Below are positions 1 to 12,020 of a DNA stretch of 64,000 nt, one piece after another. The stretch's first letter is position 1. Every line of letters starts with the position of its first letter. The notes beneath the pieces are model-generated. The model did no database searches. It saw nothing but the letters and a program-made list of their open reading frames with translations, and was not told the DNA's origin. The stretch is from the human T2T-CHM13v2.0 reference genome, Homo sapiens. The stretch is from assembly GCF_009914755.1 (NCBI RefSeq), contig NC_060928.1. The stretch is one strand, 5' to 3'. The position numbers and the translations under genes were made by a program.

Positions 1-258
1 TCTGGCTATTTGGAACTACTGTCGAGTTTGTATTGGGGTCAAGTGGCATTGCAGAAGAAAATAAGGCATTTAAGTTTTAGGTCAGGTGTGAGTTGAAGAG
101 GTTTTAAGTTTTTGAGAACACAGGCCAAGGGAGTAGGAGGAGGAATGGAGGGTGGAAGGTTGCCCATAGTGAAGGAAGCAAGCCTAGAGAAAAGAGAGTA
201 GAGAAACAGAGGGAAGGGGTTCGGGGGATCTTACCTTCCAGAAAAGTGGGGAAAGGGG

Positions 259-348
259 TTGGGGCACAGAGATAAGAGGTCGGGGTGCGGAAATAAGGGA
301 TTGGGGCACAGAGATAAGAGGTTGGGGCGTAGAAATAAGGGATTGGGG
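259..348 (-). repeat. HERV-H leader tandem repeats (~21-bp units, 42-bp higher-order period)
   Basis: TGGGGCACAGAGATAAGAGGTYGGGGYGYRGAAATAAGGGAT occurs twice in tandem. Confidence 0.85.
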
Positions 349-729
349 GTTCTTGCCCCCTAGAAAAGCGGGACTTGCTGCTAAGGGTGAAGGAGAAGGG
401 GTTGGGGTACTTGCCCCTGCCCCAGGAAAGCGGGACTTGCCACTAAGGGTGAAGGACCAAGGCAGGCGTCCCTGCGTGGTCTGACACCCTTGAAACGTCA
501 GTGTATAATCAGAGAGGCGTCCCTGCAATTATTAAACACCAAGGGAAGGCTGCCTTCCCAGTCCGTGAGCAGCGCCGGAGTTTTGGGTCCATGGATAAAA
601 CGTGTCTCCTTTGTCTCTATCAGAAAATGAAAGGAATTGAAATTAAGAGAAGAGAGAGATTAAAGAGTGGAAAGGAGAAAGTGGTTGAGGGACAGTGAGA
701 GAGGTTGGAGAAGAGAGTAAGAAGAGGCC

Positions 730-738
730 GCTTACCTG
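730..738 (-). promoter_or_regulatory. HERV-H major splice donor
   Basis: Minus strand reads CAG|GTAAGC about 145 nt downstream of the 5' LTR, the usual position of the HERV-H donor. Confidence 0.75.
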
Positions 739-860
739 ATTTAAAATTGGTGAGATGTTCCTTGGGCTGGTCAGTCTGAGGACCTGAGGTCATAGGTGGA
801 TCTTTCTCACGGAGCAAAAACAGGAGTACAGGGGATTGAGCTCCCAAGGGAGGTCCCCTG

Positions 861-878
861 ATCCGAGTCACGGCACCA
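861..878 (-). other. Primer binding site complementary to tRNA-His
   Basis: Reverse complement TGGTGCCGTGACTCGGAT, 2 nt after the LTR end. Confidence 0.95.
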
Positions 879-880
879 AA

Positions 881-1333
881 TTTCATGCGCATCCGTGTGA
901 AGAGACCACCAAACAGGCTTTGTGTCAGCAACATGGCTGTTTATTTCACCTGGGTGCAGGCGGGCTGAGTCTGAAAAGAGAGTCAGTGAAGGGAGATAGG
1001 GGTGGGGCCGTTTTATAGGATTTGGGTAGGTAAAGGAAAATTACAGTCAAAGGGGGTTTGTTCTCTGGCAGGCAGGAGTGGGGGTCGCAAGATGCTCAGT
1101 GGGGGAGCTTTTTGAGCCAGGATGAGCTAGGAAAAGGACTTTCACAAGGTAATGTCATCACTTAAGGCAAGGACCAGTCATTTACACTTCTTTTGTGGTG
1201 GAATGTCATCAGTTAAGGTGGGGCAGGGCATATTCACTTCTTTTGTGATTCTTCAGTTACTTCAGGCCATCAGGGCATATACCGGCAAGTCACAGGGGAT
1301 GTGATGGCTTGGCTTGGGCTCAGAGGCCTGACT
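881..1333 (-). mobile_element. LTR7 (5' LTR of HERV-H), probably LTR7up-like
   Basis: Minus strand starts AGTCAGGCCTCTGAGCCCAAGCCAAGCC (consensus TGTCAGG...) and ends CGCATGAAA; TATAAAA at 1017-1011; AATAAA at 945-940; duplicated CACAAAAGAAGTG blocks. Confidence 0.95.
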
Positions 1334-1460
1334 CTCTCTTGATATAAAATATTATAGTATGTTTGTGTGCTGATGGGGGATTTAGTAAAATGAGGGATTT
1401 AATGTGATTAGAGAATAATTTATGCTATTAAAGGAGGAGTTCATCCTAAAGAAAGTCATG

Positions 1461-1770
<310 letters not shown>

Positions 1771-2429
1771 GTCATGGACAGTTTATTCTTGCTGAGAAGC
1801 AACAAGGCAGAGTATATTAGCTGTATTTGGGTTGGTTGGTAAATGTAATGTTGGAAATATACAGAAATGAAGTTTCTCAGAAACGTAAGACACATAATCC
1901 TCAATTGAGTTTGAGGGAGTCAGAGAAACTATTACAGGTTTGAGGAGATTAAAGTATGTATGAGGTAATTATCACATTTAGCTGTTGAGATGCAAGATTG
2001 AGTAGATTAATCAAGATTGGGATTCTGCCAAGTGGGCACAATAAAGGGAGTAGGCAGGGCAGTTGAGGCTTAATATTATACACAAGAAAGTGATTTTAGT
2101 AGTGGGCCATTAATACCAACTAATTAAGGAAGGAAGTAAAAACAAAAGGAGGGATGAGAAATAATAAAAAGTTGGTAAGACAACTAACTAACCCTAGATC
2201 CAGTGGGAATGAAGGACTGTATGAGCTAGAATGCGCAAAGGTAGGGGTTGGAATGATAGGGGTGGTGATCACAGAGTGGCAGGCTTGGAACTGAGAGAAC
2301 GGAAGGGTACATTTCTTGGTATCGAGAAGATATAAGTTGTGTCTATGGGGACATACTGCTGAGGTAGGGTAGGCAACAGACTATTAGAGGGGAGAAGGTC
2401 AAGAAGCTAAAAAGGCTTTGTATTTTGAA

Positions 2430-2762
2430 TTCCCTCATATCCTTATTCAGAAGTCATCTTCTTAGTGATACTTTTTCTGACCATTCTTAAAATTTCAAAG
2501 CCCCATCACCCCACCCCCAAACATATACATTACATAGCTATGTTTCTTGGTTTATCTTTTTCTTCTTCTCAGCCCTTATCATGATCTGAAATACTATATA
2601 TTTTTACTTTTTGGTTTTATTTATTATCTATCTCCTCCACTTGAATGCCATTTCCTTAAAAGCAGTGATTTTTTTTTTTTGCTTTCCTGCTCTATCTCCC
2701 ACCTTGAAATTAGGGCCTGACAAATTTGAGGCACTCAACAAATATTTGACTTATAAATGAAG
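2430..2762 (+). mobile_element. L2 3' end fragment
   Basis: Degenerate L2 terminus GGGCCTGACAAATTTGAGGCACTCAACAAATATTTG...AATGAA. Confidence 0.6.
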
Positions 2763-3462
2763 GGACAAGTTATTGAAAAGATTGTTTTTATGAATCTTAA
2801 AATAATCAAAGATTGTAGAGCTGCAATATTTAAGAGAAATGACCGTGAATAGGGGACTAAAATTTTTATAGAATGAAGGCAAGTGGACCAAGGTGCTGCA
2901 AATCTATTAGGAAGGATAGGAGTGATATATTCTGATTGTATAAGCTTAAAATCCAGGGATTTCAGGGAGTAGGGGAAGACAGTAATCTGAAAGTAGCTAT
3001 AAGAAGCAAGGAAGACATCTGCCATACCTCCATGGTCATGGTGACAAAAAAAAGTGAAGGAGACAATGCTCTGATGAAAATAATGTCTTAGGGAAAGAGG
3101 CAAGTTTCAGATAGAGTCAGAAGGAAAAAAGAACAATAAAAGAAAAAATATATAAGCAAATACAATCATCCCGCAGTATCTATTTTGTGAGAATATTACT
3201 ATTTTTCCTTCGTAGAGCAATTTAGAAAGCATAAAATGATTTGACTTTTGCAAAAAAATGTAGAAGAGAAAAACAGGACTCAGTGAGGTTTAATTAATTG
3301 CCCAATATTCCCTGACTAGAAAATGGTAGGCTCAAGACTTTATGCTCTTTTCATTACATCTAAACCAGGAAGCAGATACAGTAGGTGCTGTGCTAATTTA
3401 GGTATAAATATAGTTTCTTGGAAGTCTTGGATTAGGAGGTAGTAAAATTAAATAAAGCATGG

Positions 3463-4008
3463 TATGATGGTTAATATTGAGTGTCAACTTGATTTAATTG
3501 AAGGATGCAAAGTAGTGTTCCTGGGTGTGTCTGTAAGGGTGTTACCAAAGGAGATAAACATTTGAGTCAGTGAACTGGGAGAGGCAGACCCACCCTCAGT
3601 GTGGGTGGTCACCATCTAATCATCTGCCATTGTGGCTAGAATAAAGCAGGCAGAAAAATGTGGAAGGAGCTGACTTGCTGAGTCTTCTGGTCTTCATCTT
3701 TCACCTACACTGGATGCTTCCTGCCCTCGAACATCAGACTCCAAGTTCTTCAACTTTTGGACTCTTGGAGTTACACCAGTAGTTTGCCAGGGGCTCTCGG
3801 GCCTTTGGCCATAGACTGAAGGCTGCACAGTTGGCTTCCCTGCTCTTGAGGTTTGGGACTCGGACTGGCTTCCTTGCTCCTCAGTTTGTAGATGGCCTAT
3901 CGTGGGACTTCACTTTGTGATTGTGTGAGTCATTTCTTAATAAACTCCCCTTCATATATACATATATCCTATTAATTCTGTTCCCTTAAGAGAACCCTGA
4001 CTAGTACC
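3463..4008 (+). mobile_element. MLT2A (HERV-L) solo LTR
   Basis: Starts TATGATGGTTAATATTGAGTGTCAACTTGA, ends GAGAACCCTGACTAGTACC; 5-bp TSD CATGG at 3458-3462 and 4009-4013. Confidence 0.92.
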
Positions 4009-7000
4009 CATGGGTTGTGAAGCTGGCTAATATTAAGATGAGTCAAATGGGGAGATTTTTTTCAGGGATAAAATTGCTCTGTGTTTGAAAGTAAAAATTC
4101 CAAGTTTTAGACTTTTTTCTTTTTTTTTTCTGGAATGGATTGGTACCTCTCTGGTGTCCCCAGAACACTTGGCTAAAGGTACAGGAGAGTAGGAGCTGCC
4201 CAACCTCCTCTTTGTATTTCATCTCTCCTTTCCTAGGGCAGAGGAAAGGGATAGTAATATCACATCTTCACCCCTTACATTCTTCCTTAGAATTTGGACA
4301 TTTCCCCTCATGCCTAGAAATGCCAAGGATTTACACTCACAGTCCCTTAAAATTAAGATTTTTACCTTTGCCTGTTTATTTACAACATGCTTAGACATTT
4401 GCTATAGCATCTCATTAACTAATATATGAGAGGGATATATGTAGAAGTTATTTTTTTTTATTTTGAGTTTCCAATTTTGTTAAAGGGAATAGTTATAATT
4501 ATTCTATGTACTTATATAAATGTTATATATAATTTTATAGATAATAGGCTTAATTAAACAAGGTTATTTATGCTTTAATGATAGAGTTTTTTCTCTTTTC
4601 TGCCCTGCATTGGCTTGTGAAATTATGCAATGTTACCTTCCATGCTTTAAATTTTGCAAACACTGTTCATCTCACAGAATTAGTTAAAGTCTTTCCAGAT
4701 GTGGATTTGATTAATAGAAGCTTACTAACTGTGGCTAATTACTGATAATGATAGTATCACAAGGCAACTTCCTCTCCAAAGTCACCTTGGTCTTTCTTCA
4801 TTGCTAGAATAGAAAGAAAACCCACAGCCATACCTCCCCCAATCAAAATGAAAACAGAATAATATTTAAACTTTAATTTGGGTGGTAATTAATACAGCTG
4901 ATATAATACTAGGCTTTTAGTATAAAACAAATGATCATTTATAGATATGTGAGAACTTCAGCCCTCCAGACTGGTTTCACAGTGTGGATAGATGAGTCAC
5001 GCTGAACTAGTGTCTGGATATTCAGAGTGATGGGCAATGACCTATTCTTCTTTATCTCCTTTGAACCAGATTTCCATTTTAATTGTTTCTATCACCTAGA
5101 AACAGAGGAACAGAACCAGTGTGGTAATGATCCAAGCTGAAATGAATGTGTCTTTCCCTGTCCTACTCATTTTCTAAAGAGGTAAAGCCCTCTAGTATTG
5201 TTGACTGTTCCTCCTGGCTTCCCTCTTCCAAAGCCATATACTGCTTCTCAGTAAAGTGCCATCAAAAGTGAATTTCTCTAAAGATATGAAAATAGACAAT
5301 AATTAATTGAATAACAACTTGGAGATGCCTTATTTATCTTCTATTAGAATAGATAACAAAACAATATAGACAAAGACAATAAGATTTAAAAAGAAGTTGA
5401 GTTAATATCCCACACTGCCTCTTGTACAGATTTTTTAATATAGCAGAAATTCATGCATATGTGTAAGAGTCCATTGGTCAAATTGCATTCTGACCAAGTG
5501 GACGTATGAGAAAGCATTAAAAATCATGGTCATCCAATTCTTCTTTGTCTGTTTGAGTCATTTCAATCAGTCTAAGAAATGTTTTGTATTATGAAATTAT
5601 GAAAATGTAAGAAATAGTGTTCAAGTTTCTTTTGATACACTGGAATGGAAAACAGAATGACTATCTGCAGAAGAGCTAGAGAAACAAGGCAGTGGAAGAT
5701 CTTGGAAGAGTGAGTGCTTTGCAATAAACAGAGATGATCTTTAAAAACAATATATAAATCCTGTATTTGTGCCCATTTTGTGATGATTTCTTTTGTAAGG
5801 ATATTATGATTATTAAGAAGCAAAAGATGATGATGCCAACATCTTGAAACAAATCATTTAATTTGGACAGATTCTATATTATATCTTGCTATTCATATAG
5901 CTTATAACATTCATTCAGTTTATTTTAGTAAAGTGATCTTGTAGATTTGCATATGGGGTGCTATAGAGGAGGTTCTGGAAGGGCAAAGAGAAGAAGGAAT
6001 GTTTTGGGTTTATCAGAGTGCTAAGCTGTAAGAATAGCACCAATGAATTGAGCAAAAAGCAAACATGGGCGACAAGCCACATATTTTATACTTTATTCTT
6101 GTAAAATTGACAGCAGTAATGCTGATATTAGTAAATACCAACATTAGATTGCAGAAGTATAAAATTGTTAATTGAGTTTCACAAAATTCAGAGCATTATA
6201 TTATGAAATATTTATGTTGTAGAGTGTAACCTATATATTTTAAGCCTCATCATCCTAAAAGTATAATACAAGAAACAATTTTTAAAATACATATGATTAT
6301 GGCATTACTCCCCTTTAAGCTTTATTGCCAGAAATTAGATTGCCAATATATGCCCAGTTATCTGGGGGTTAGGGAGATTTCCCAGTGTGCTTATTCATGG
6401 AAACTCTTTATATTGGGTTCTCTTGCCTTTTATTGCTGTGTTTTGCTGCTGCCTTTGCTATGGCCTACTATTAATAGATTTCTATTACTGGGTACAACAG
6501 TTCTTCACTGATAGCTATTGCTGGAATTTCCAATATGGTCTTAGGGAAAGGAGACAGCTCTTTCACTAGTTATTCTCCCTAAAACATGGTATAGGTGCTT
6601 TTAGATTTTCCATAGCACAAAATAGATCATGCTGTAACTTTAAACAAGACTCAGGGATGATGGATGTGAAGTGTGGTGTAGAGAAACTTTCATCACCTAT
6701 TAAAAGTGGCCATACTTAAAGCAACTATTTTCCATAGGGGAAACACCCACACAGACTTTGATGTCCCCAGAGGAACTATTACTGGAGTCTTGAAATACAT
6801 TTTTTGAAGTGTGGATTATTTATTTTTAACTAATTACCTTGGGTAACGTATCGCCCATCCATTTCAGATTGCACGGCATTTATCCTTGACTAGTTTCTTT
6901 CCAGACAGAGTCTACACGACCCTTCTGCAGTCTTTTCCAACGAGGCATTACAACTAGGAAAGACCTACTTGCAGAACACATTCTATCATGCAAGGTCATC

Positions 7001-7149
7001 CAATTATTTATGGAGTCAGAACAGTCTAAATTCAGATTTCAAAGAGACATTCCTCCATAACGAAGGGTATACACTGTTAGTTTGTGAGCCATATCCACTC
7101 AGCAGACATATTCTATTTAACTCACATAGGTTTAAAATTATGAATTACT

Positions 7150-7392
7150 TGCCAACCTTTTAATGATGGGATATTTTGTATAAATGTCTAGAACATCAGC
7201 TTCTTTTGAAAAACTGAAATATATGGCAATCTTAGAGTCATATTTCTGCATGATCATAATCTGTTGAGACAGAGTAAATGTTACCCCTTCAACAAAGCAT
7301 AAACTCTTGGGTTACCTCAAGCCCCACCTGGCTCACTTCACTCATTTACTTTATCAGCCTTCTCTCTGAAGACATTTGAGATTCAGTCCCTG
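7150..7392. mobile_element. hAT-Charlie DNA transposon fossil (MER102-like)
   Basis: CTTCTTTTGAAAAACTGAAATATATGGCAA... and terminus CATTTGAGATTCAGTCCCTG resemble MER102. Confidence 0.5.
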
Positions 7393-8084
7393 CTCCCAAA
7401 TCCACAAGGGTGTAAGTACACTAAGATATAGTTAATTTAGATTCCTAAATAAAACAGTACACTTCTTGATCCGGAATGGTGCTTTTTTGCTAATTTTAAG
7501 ACATACATATAGGTAGGTATTTTCCAAAAACTATGGGCAAGCATTTGACTTAAATTCACATCTAACGATTTGCATTAATCTTCTCCAAAAGTGTAATTTA
7601 CTTTAAAATTAAATTTCAGTCTTCATCCTTGAAGTTGATAGCTCTTTGTAAACTTTAAATGGCATTTTTGCCAATGTTGACAAATCTCAATTGCCAGTCT
7701 TCATTCAGGTAATGCATTAGGAGATTAAAGGTCTATCTTCTTACAGTGAGACTGGAAAGACCAAGCCAGTGTGTGCCCAGTCATCATAGCAGAGGACTAG
7801 TGGAAATTGGAGCAAACCATAGAACAATCTGCCTTGTGGTACAAATGGGCTGACTTTTTAAACAAAGAAAACTTTGAAGAAATAATGCAAAAAGCATCAG
7901 TTACTTCAGTTTCAGCTTCCATAAGATGTTTATGTGTACTGAAATGATGGACCTGCATCAGATTTCTAGACACACATGTCTGTATCTCCTCTCTCTTCTG
8001 GTTCTTCTAGGACAGTAAGAATTCATTGAAATAAACATATAAGAACATTCAAAATGTTCACTCTCAGTGAGCTTTCATCATTTA

Positions 8085-8560
8085 AAACATATTCATTCAC
8101 TCAGTTTCTCATTCATTCAGGCATTCAACAAATATCTATTAAGCCCATAGTCGGAGTTGATTGTTAAGCCTATAAAGGTAATTTGCCTGCAGGACTCAAT
8201 AGTCCATTTGGAGGATCTCTCACATACAAACCTTAATAATTCAATGTAATAAATGTTAAAAGTTGTTCAAAGACAGAAAGAGAGTGACACACTAGGGGAG
8301 AACCTAAACCTGGATGATTGATTACATAGGAAATAGCATTTAAAGTGACATTTAAAGGATGAGTATGAGTTTTCCAGTCAGAAAACAGGTACGGGGTTTG
8401 AGGATGGTGGGGAGGGGATTCCTAATCAGAAAACAAGAAGGCAAAGAAAACATGGAGACCTAAAAGAGTATGGCTTCTTCCAAGAATTAGACTGAATTTT
8501 GCAGTATAATGTACCAGGAAAGTAGGTTAAATGAGCTTAACTAATTAGACAAGAGTTGCT
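8085..8560 (-). mobile_element. L2 fragment
   Basis: ATTCATTCA...CATTCAACAAATATCTATTAAGC is the reverse-strand L2 3' end, followed by degenerate L2 body. Confidence 0.6.
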
Positions 8561-9002
8561 AAAATGTTCAATCAAACTTCACAACATCAGGTCAACTGGG
8601 GGATGGCTGTGCAAATATTTTTTAATCCCATATAGTTTTCTTTCTTTCACTAATTTGAATTGCCTGCAAACAAAAAGTTTTCAAATAAAGGTCCTGTTAG
8701 GACTATTTTAATTTCCAGATAGCATTCAATACTTTGCGAAGAATTAATTTGTTAACAAGTTAAAAAGGTAGGTTTTTCCAACTCTGCCCTCTTAACTTAG
8801 ATAACTCCTTTTCGTATGTCGGGCAAGGGTTGCAGGGCAAAATTGTCAGTCCAACCCAGGTCAAATGATTACACATCTCAAATTAATTGCAGCTGAGCTA
8901 ATGAGGCTGTATTGGCTTTGTAGTGGACTAGACAGGAATTCAAAAGAGTTGACAATAGAGAAAAATTGGAGTACATTTAGAAAATTCTTAAAAGAATTTA
9001 GA

Positions 9003-9167
9003 TCAGTGCCTCTTAAACTTTACTGCATATATGAATCATCTGGGAATTTGTTAGTAATATAGATTCTGTGTTCTCAGTATGCCTGGGTTTAATTTTATTA
9101 TTATGAACTGTTCATAAACTCCTAGGTCAGGCTGATGCTTTTGGTCCATGGACCACACTACCAGTAG
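9003..9167. mobile_element. MER5A-like hAT MITE
   Basis: CAGTGCCTCTTAAACTTTACTGCATATATGAATCATCTGGG ... GGTCCATGGACCACACT. Confidence 0.65.
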
Positions 9168-9386
9168 GAAAAGTAGAATATTTCCTGATCTTTAGAATTA
9201 AGAGAAATAAGAAATCTTAGAAAAATCCCAATATGTCAATGCCATATATCTTTATAGTAATCAGCCTTTATCTACTTAAAATGAGAGAGAAGAAAATTTA
9301 AGTCTTCAAGGGTAAATCACAACATTAAAAAAAAAGTCTGCTTCTGGATACTTATGTTTACAAATAAGCTAAGTAATTTGCTCATG

Positions 9387-9490
9387 TAGGATGACCAACT
9401 ACCTCAGTTTGCCAGGAGGATTGTCCTCATATTAACACTGAAAGTCTCATGACACAGAAATCCCTCAGTCCTAGACAAATGGCCACACTT
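9387..9490. mobile_element. MER81-like hAT-Blackjack MITE
   Basis: TAGGATGACCAACT...AGTTTGCCAGG...CACTGAAAGTC...CCCTCAGTCC, with degenerate inverted termini. Confidence 0.55.
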
Positions 9491-10964
9491 CATAAGGCAC
9501 GTGTTGCATTAAGAGAGTTCTCATGGTCTGTTCAAAGTATCATCTTATTATCTATGACAACATTATTTTAAAAAATTAAAATGCTGTATTTGGAATCAAC
9601 TTGTTTTGTAATTTGGAAGAGGAAAGGAGGGATATTCATATCTTTTATGACAATGTGACCTAAAACTTACTTGCTGAGACAAGCAGTTAACCATGTGACT
9701 TTTGTTACTCTTTCATTCTTAAAAACTTGAGCTAAAGAGAAAATATTGATTTAACATAGAAAGTGAACTTTATTTTTGACTTTATATCTACTTCTTTTTG
9801 TTTTACCTTGTCTACCTCTCAATTTTTCCAAGTTGTTTTCTGATATATTATTTTAATTATTCAAAATATTAATGGAACAGAATATCTTCTTTTAAGTTAT
9901 GAATGCAATCAATTTTGAGTCTTTAATTGTAATTTTTTTTCCATAAAATATTTTAATTTAGCCTAATATAATGGCACATCAACCAGTAATAGGTACATTA
10001 AATTGAATCATGATGCTCATATACACATTTTATGACACAATCAAATATCTTAATGCATTAATTCATATCTATCAGTTAATAAAATCAAATAGGAAACATT
10101 TCGCTATTGCTGCTAACTGTACTTATCCCATTTACTGGATGAGAAGTCTAAAAAATCTCAACAACTTGATTCTCAGGACTTTTTTCCTTAGATGTCTGGG
10201 ACTTGGCTATTACTCTAGCTTTTACTAAGTTTATTGGCTGTGGATAAACTAAGAAGCTGCCCCAAATTCTACTTTATGCTTCAGGTTTTCATGAAGTGAA
10301 ACCATTCTTGTCAAATTAGTAACACACGGAGTCATGCACATATTGTGCCAAATCTGATGGAAAAGTGGTAATGGCTCCCCAAAGGTACCTTAGATCTTGT
10401 CTATCATTGACACATCATTAGGAAGTTATTACTTCTGGTGCATTAAATGTTAACCCAGAGTCTTAGAAAAGTTAAAAAGTGAATGGACAAAAGCAAATTA
10501 TTAGATAAATTAATTACTTTTTTTTGTTCACTATTTTTAGGCTGGAACTGTAGTGGATATTATTTGAGATAAGTTAATATACAATATATATTATCTTATT
10601 TTAAAGAGTCAAATACTATTTAGTAAAGCGTGATTAATATACCTGAAACAACTAGAAAGCAATTAAATACTCATCTACAAAGAACTATCTATAAGCTTAA
10701 TAGGATTTTATGTTCAATATGTTGCTCTTTTTTCTATTTTTCTTCTTCAACTTTTCTTTTCTTTAGACCTAGTATGTGTTTCATGCTAAGCAGAGTATAG
10801 TGCATTCTGCTTTACTCAGATAACTAGTTCAAAGTAGCTTAAGGAGAGAAGGTGATTCATTGAAAGGACACTGGAGTGTGTAACAATACTGAAAGAAGAG
10901 TTGACTAAATAAACTTCAGGAAGAGCAAGGGTTCCACTGGGCCTCAAGTATAAGATGATAAAGC

Positions 10965-11255
10965 GGACAGGCCATGACTGTAATCCCAGCATTTTGGGAG
11001 GCCAAGTTGGGAGTATTGCTTGAAGTTCTAGAAGAGCTTGGGCAACATAGCAAGACCCCTATCTCTACAAAAAAAAAAAAAAAAAAAATAGCGGGGCATA
11101 GTAGTGTGCACGTGTAGTCCTACCTACTCAGGAAGCTGAGGTGGGAGGATTGCTTGAGTCCAGGAGCTCGAGGTTACAGTGAACTATAATCATGCTACTG
11201 CACCCTAGCCTGGATGACAGAACAAGACCCTGTCCCTAAAAGAATAAAAATAAAA
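10965..11255 (+). mobile_element. AluJ element, within an old MLT1-like LTR remnant (~10800-11640)
   Basis: Alu dimer with J-type GGAGGATTGCTTGAG and expanded central A tract. Confidence 0.9.
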
Positions 11256-11704
11256 TGATAGGGAACTGAATTTCATCAGGACTTTCTGTCTCCTACTCTC
11301 CATGCCAGCTCTCCTCTGTCCTACTGCAGACCATCTTCCTCCATATGATAGGTAACATTGCTGCTGACAGTTCTTCATTTTACATTTCACGGGTACCACA
11401 CCAGATGCTACTTTCTTTCCCTATTTGAATGCAAAACATTGCAAAAAGGAATTCAAACTAGCCTGACAGGGCAGGTAGCTCCCATACCCACATTGATAAT
11501 ATAGGATCAAGTTGCCTGAGTAATATACAAGTATAACAATACCCAGCAGAAATGATGGTGTGGAAGGAGGATGGCTCTCATAGAAAGGGAACACTATTCC
11601 TGGAAAAACAAAAAGGAGCTGAGCGGTTGTAACCTAGAAGTCCACCATGTACACAATTCTCATGTAATCCTTTCAAAACTTTTAAAAGCAAATATTTTTA
11701 TTAA

Positions 11705-12020
<316 letters not shown>

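Larger units (their letters stand above)
1..880 (-). mobile_element. HERV-H internal region (5' leader / pre-gag), continues beyond left window edge
   Basis: PBS-His next to an LTR7; minus-strand leader text typical of HERV-H (GATCCACCTATGACCTCAGGTCCTCAGAC, AAATCAGGTAAGCGG, CCCCAACCTCTTATCTCTGTGCCCC repeats). Confidence 0.95.

Noticed and set aside
184-1018. ORFs of 60-114 aa in the HERV-H region
   Set aside because: They lie in LTR and leader repeats and show no gag/pol motifs; low-complexity open frames.
3458-4013. Both MLT2 LTRs (3463 and 39324) are flanked by the same TSD, CATGG
   Set aside because: Different subfamilies and only two cases; most likely coincidence.
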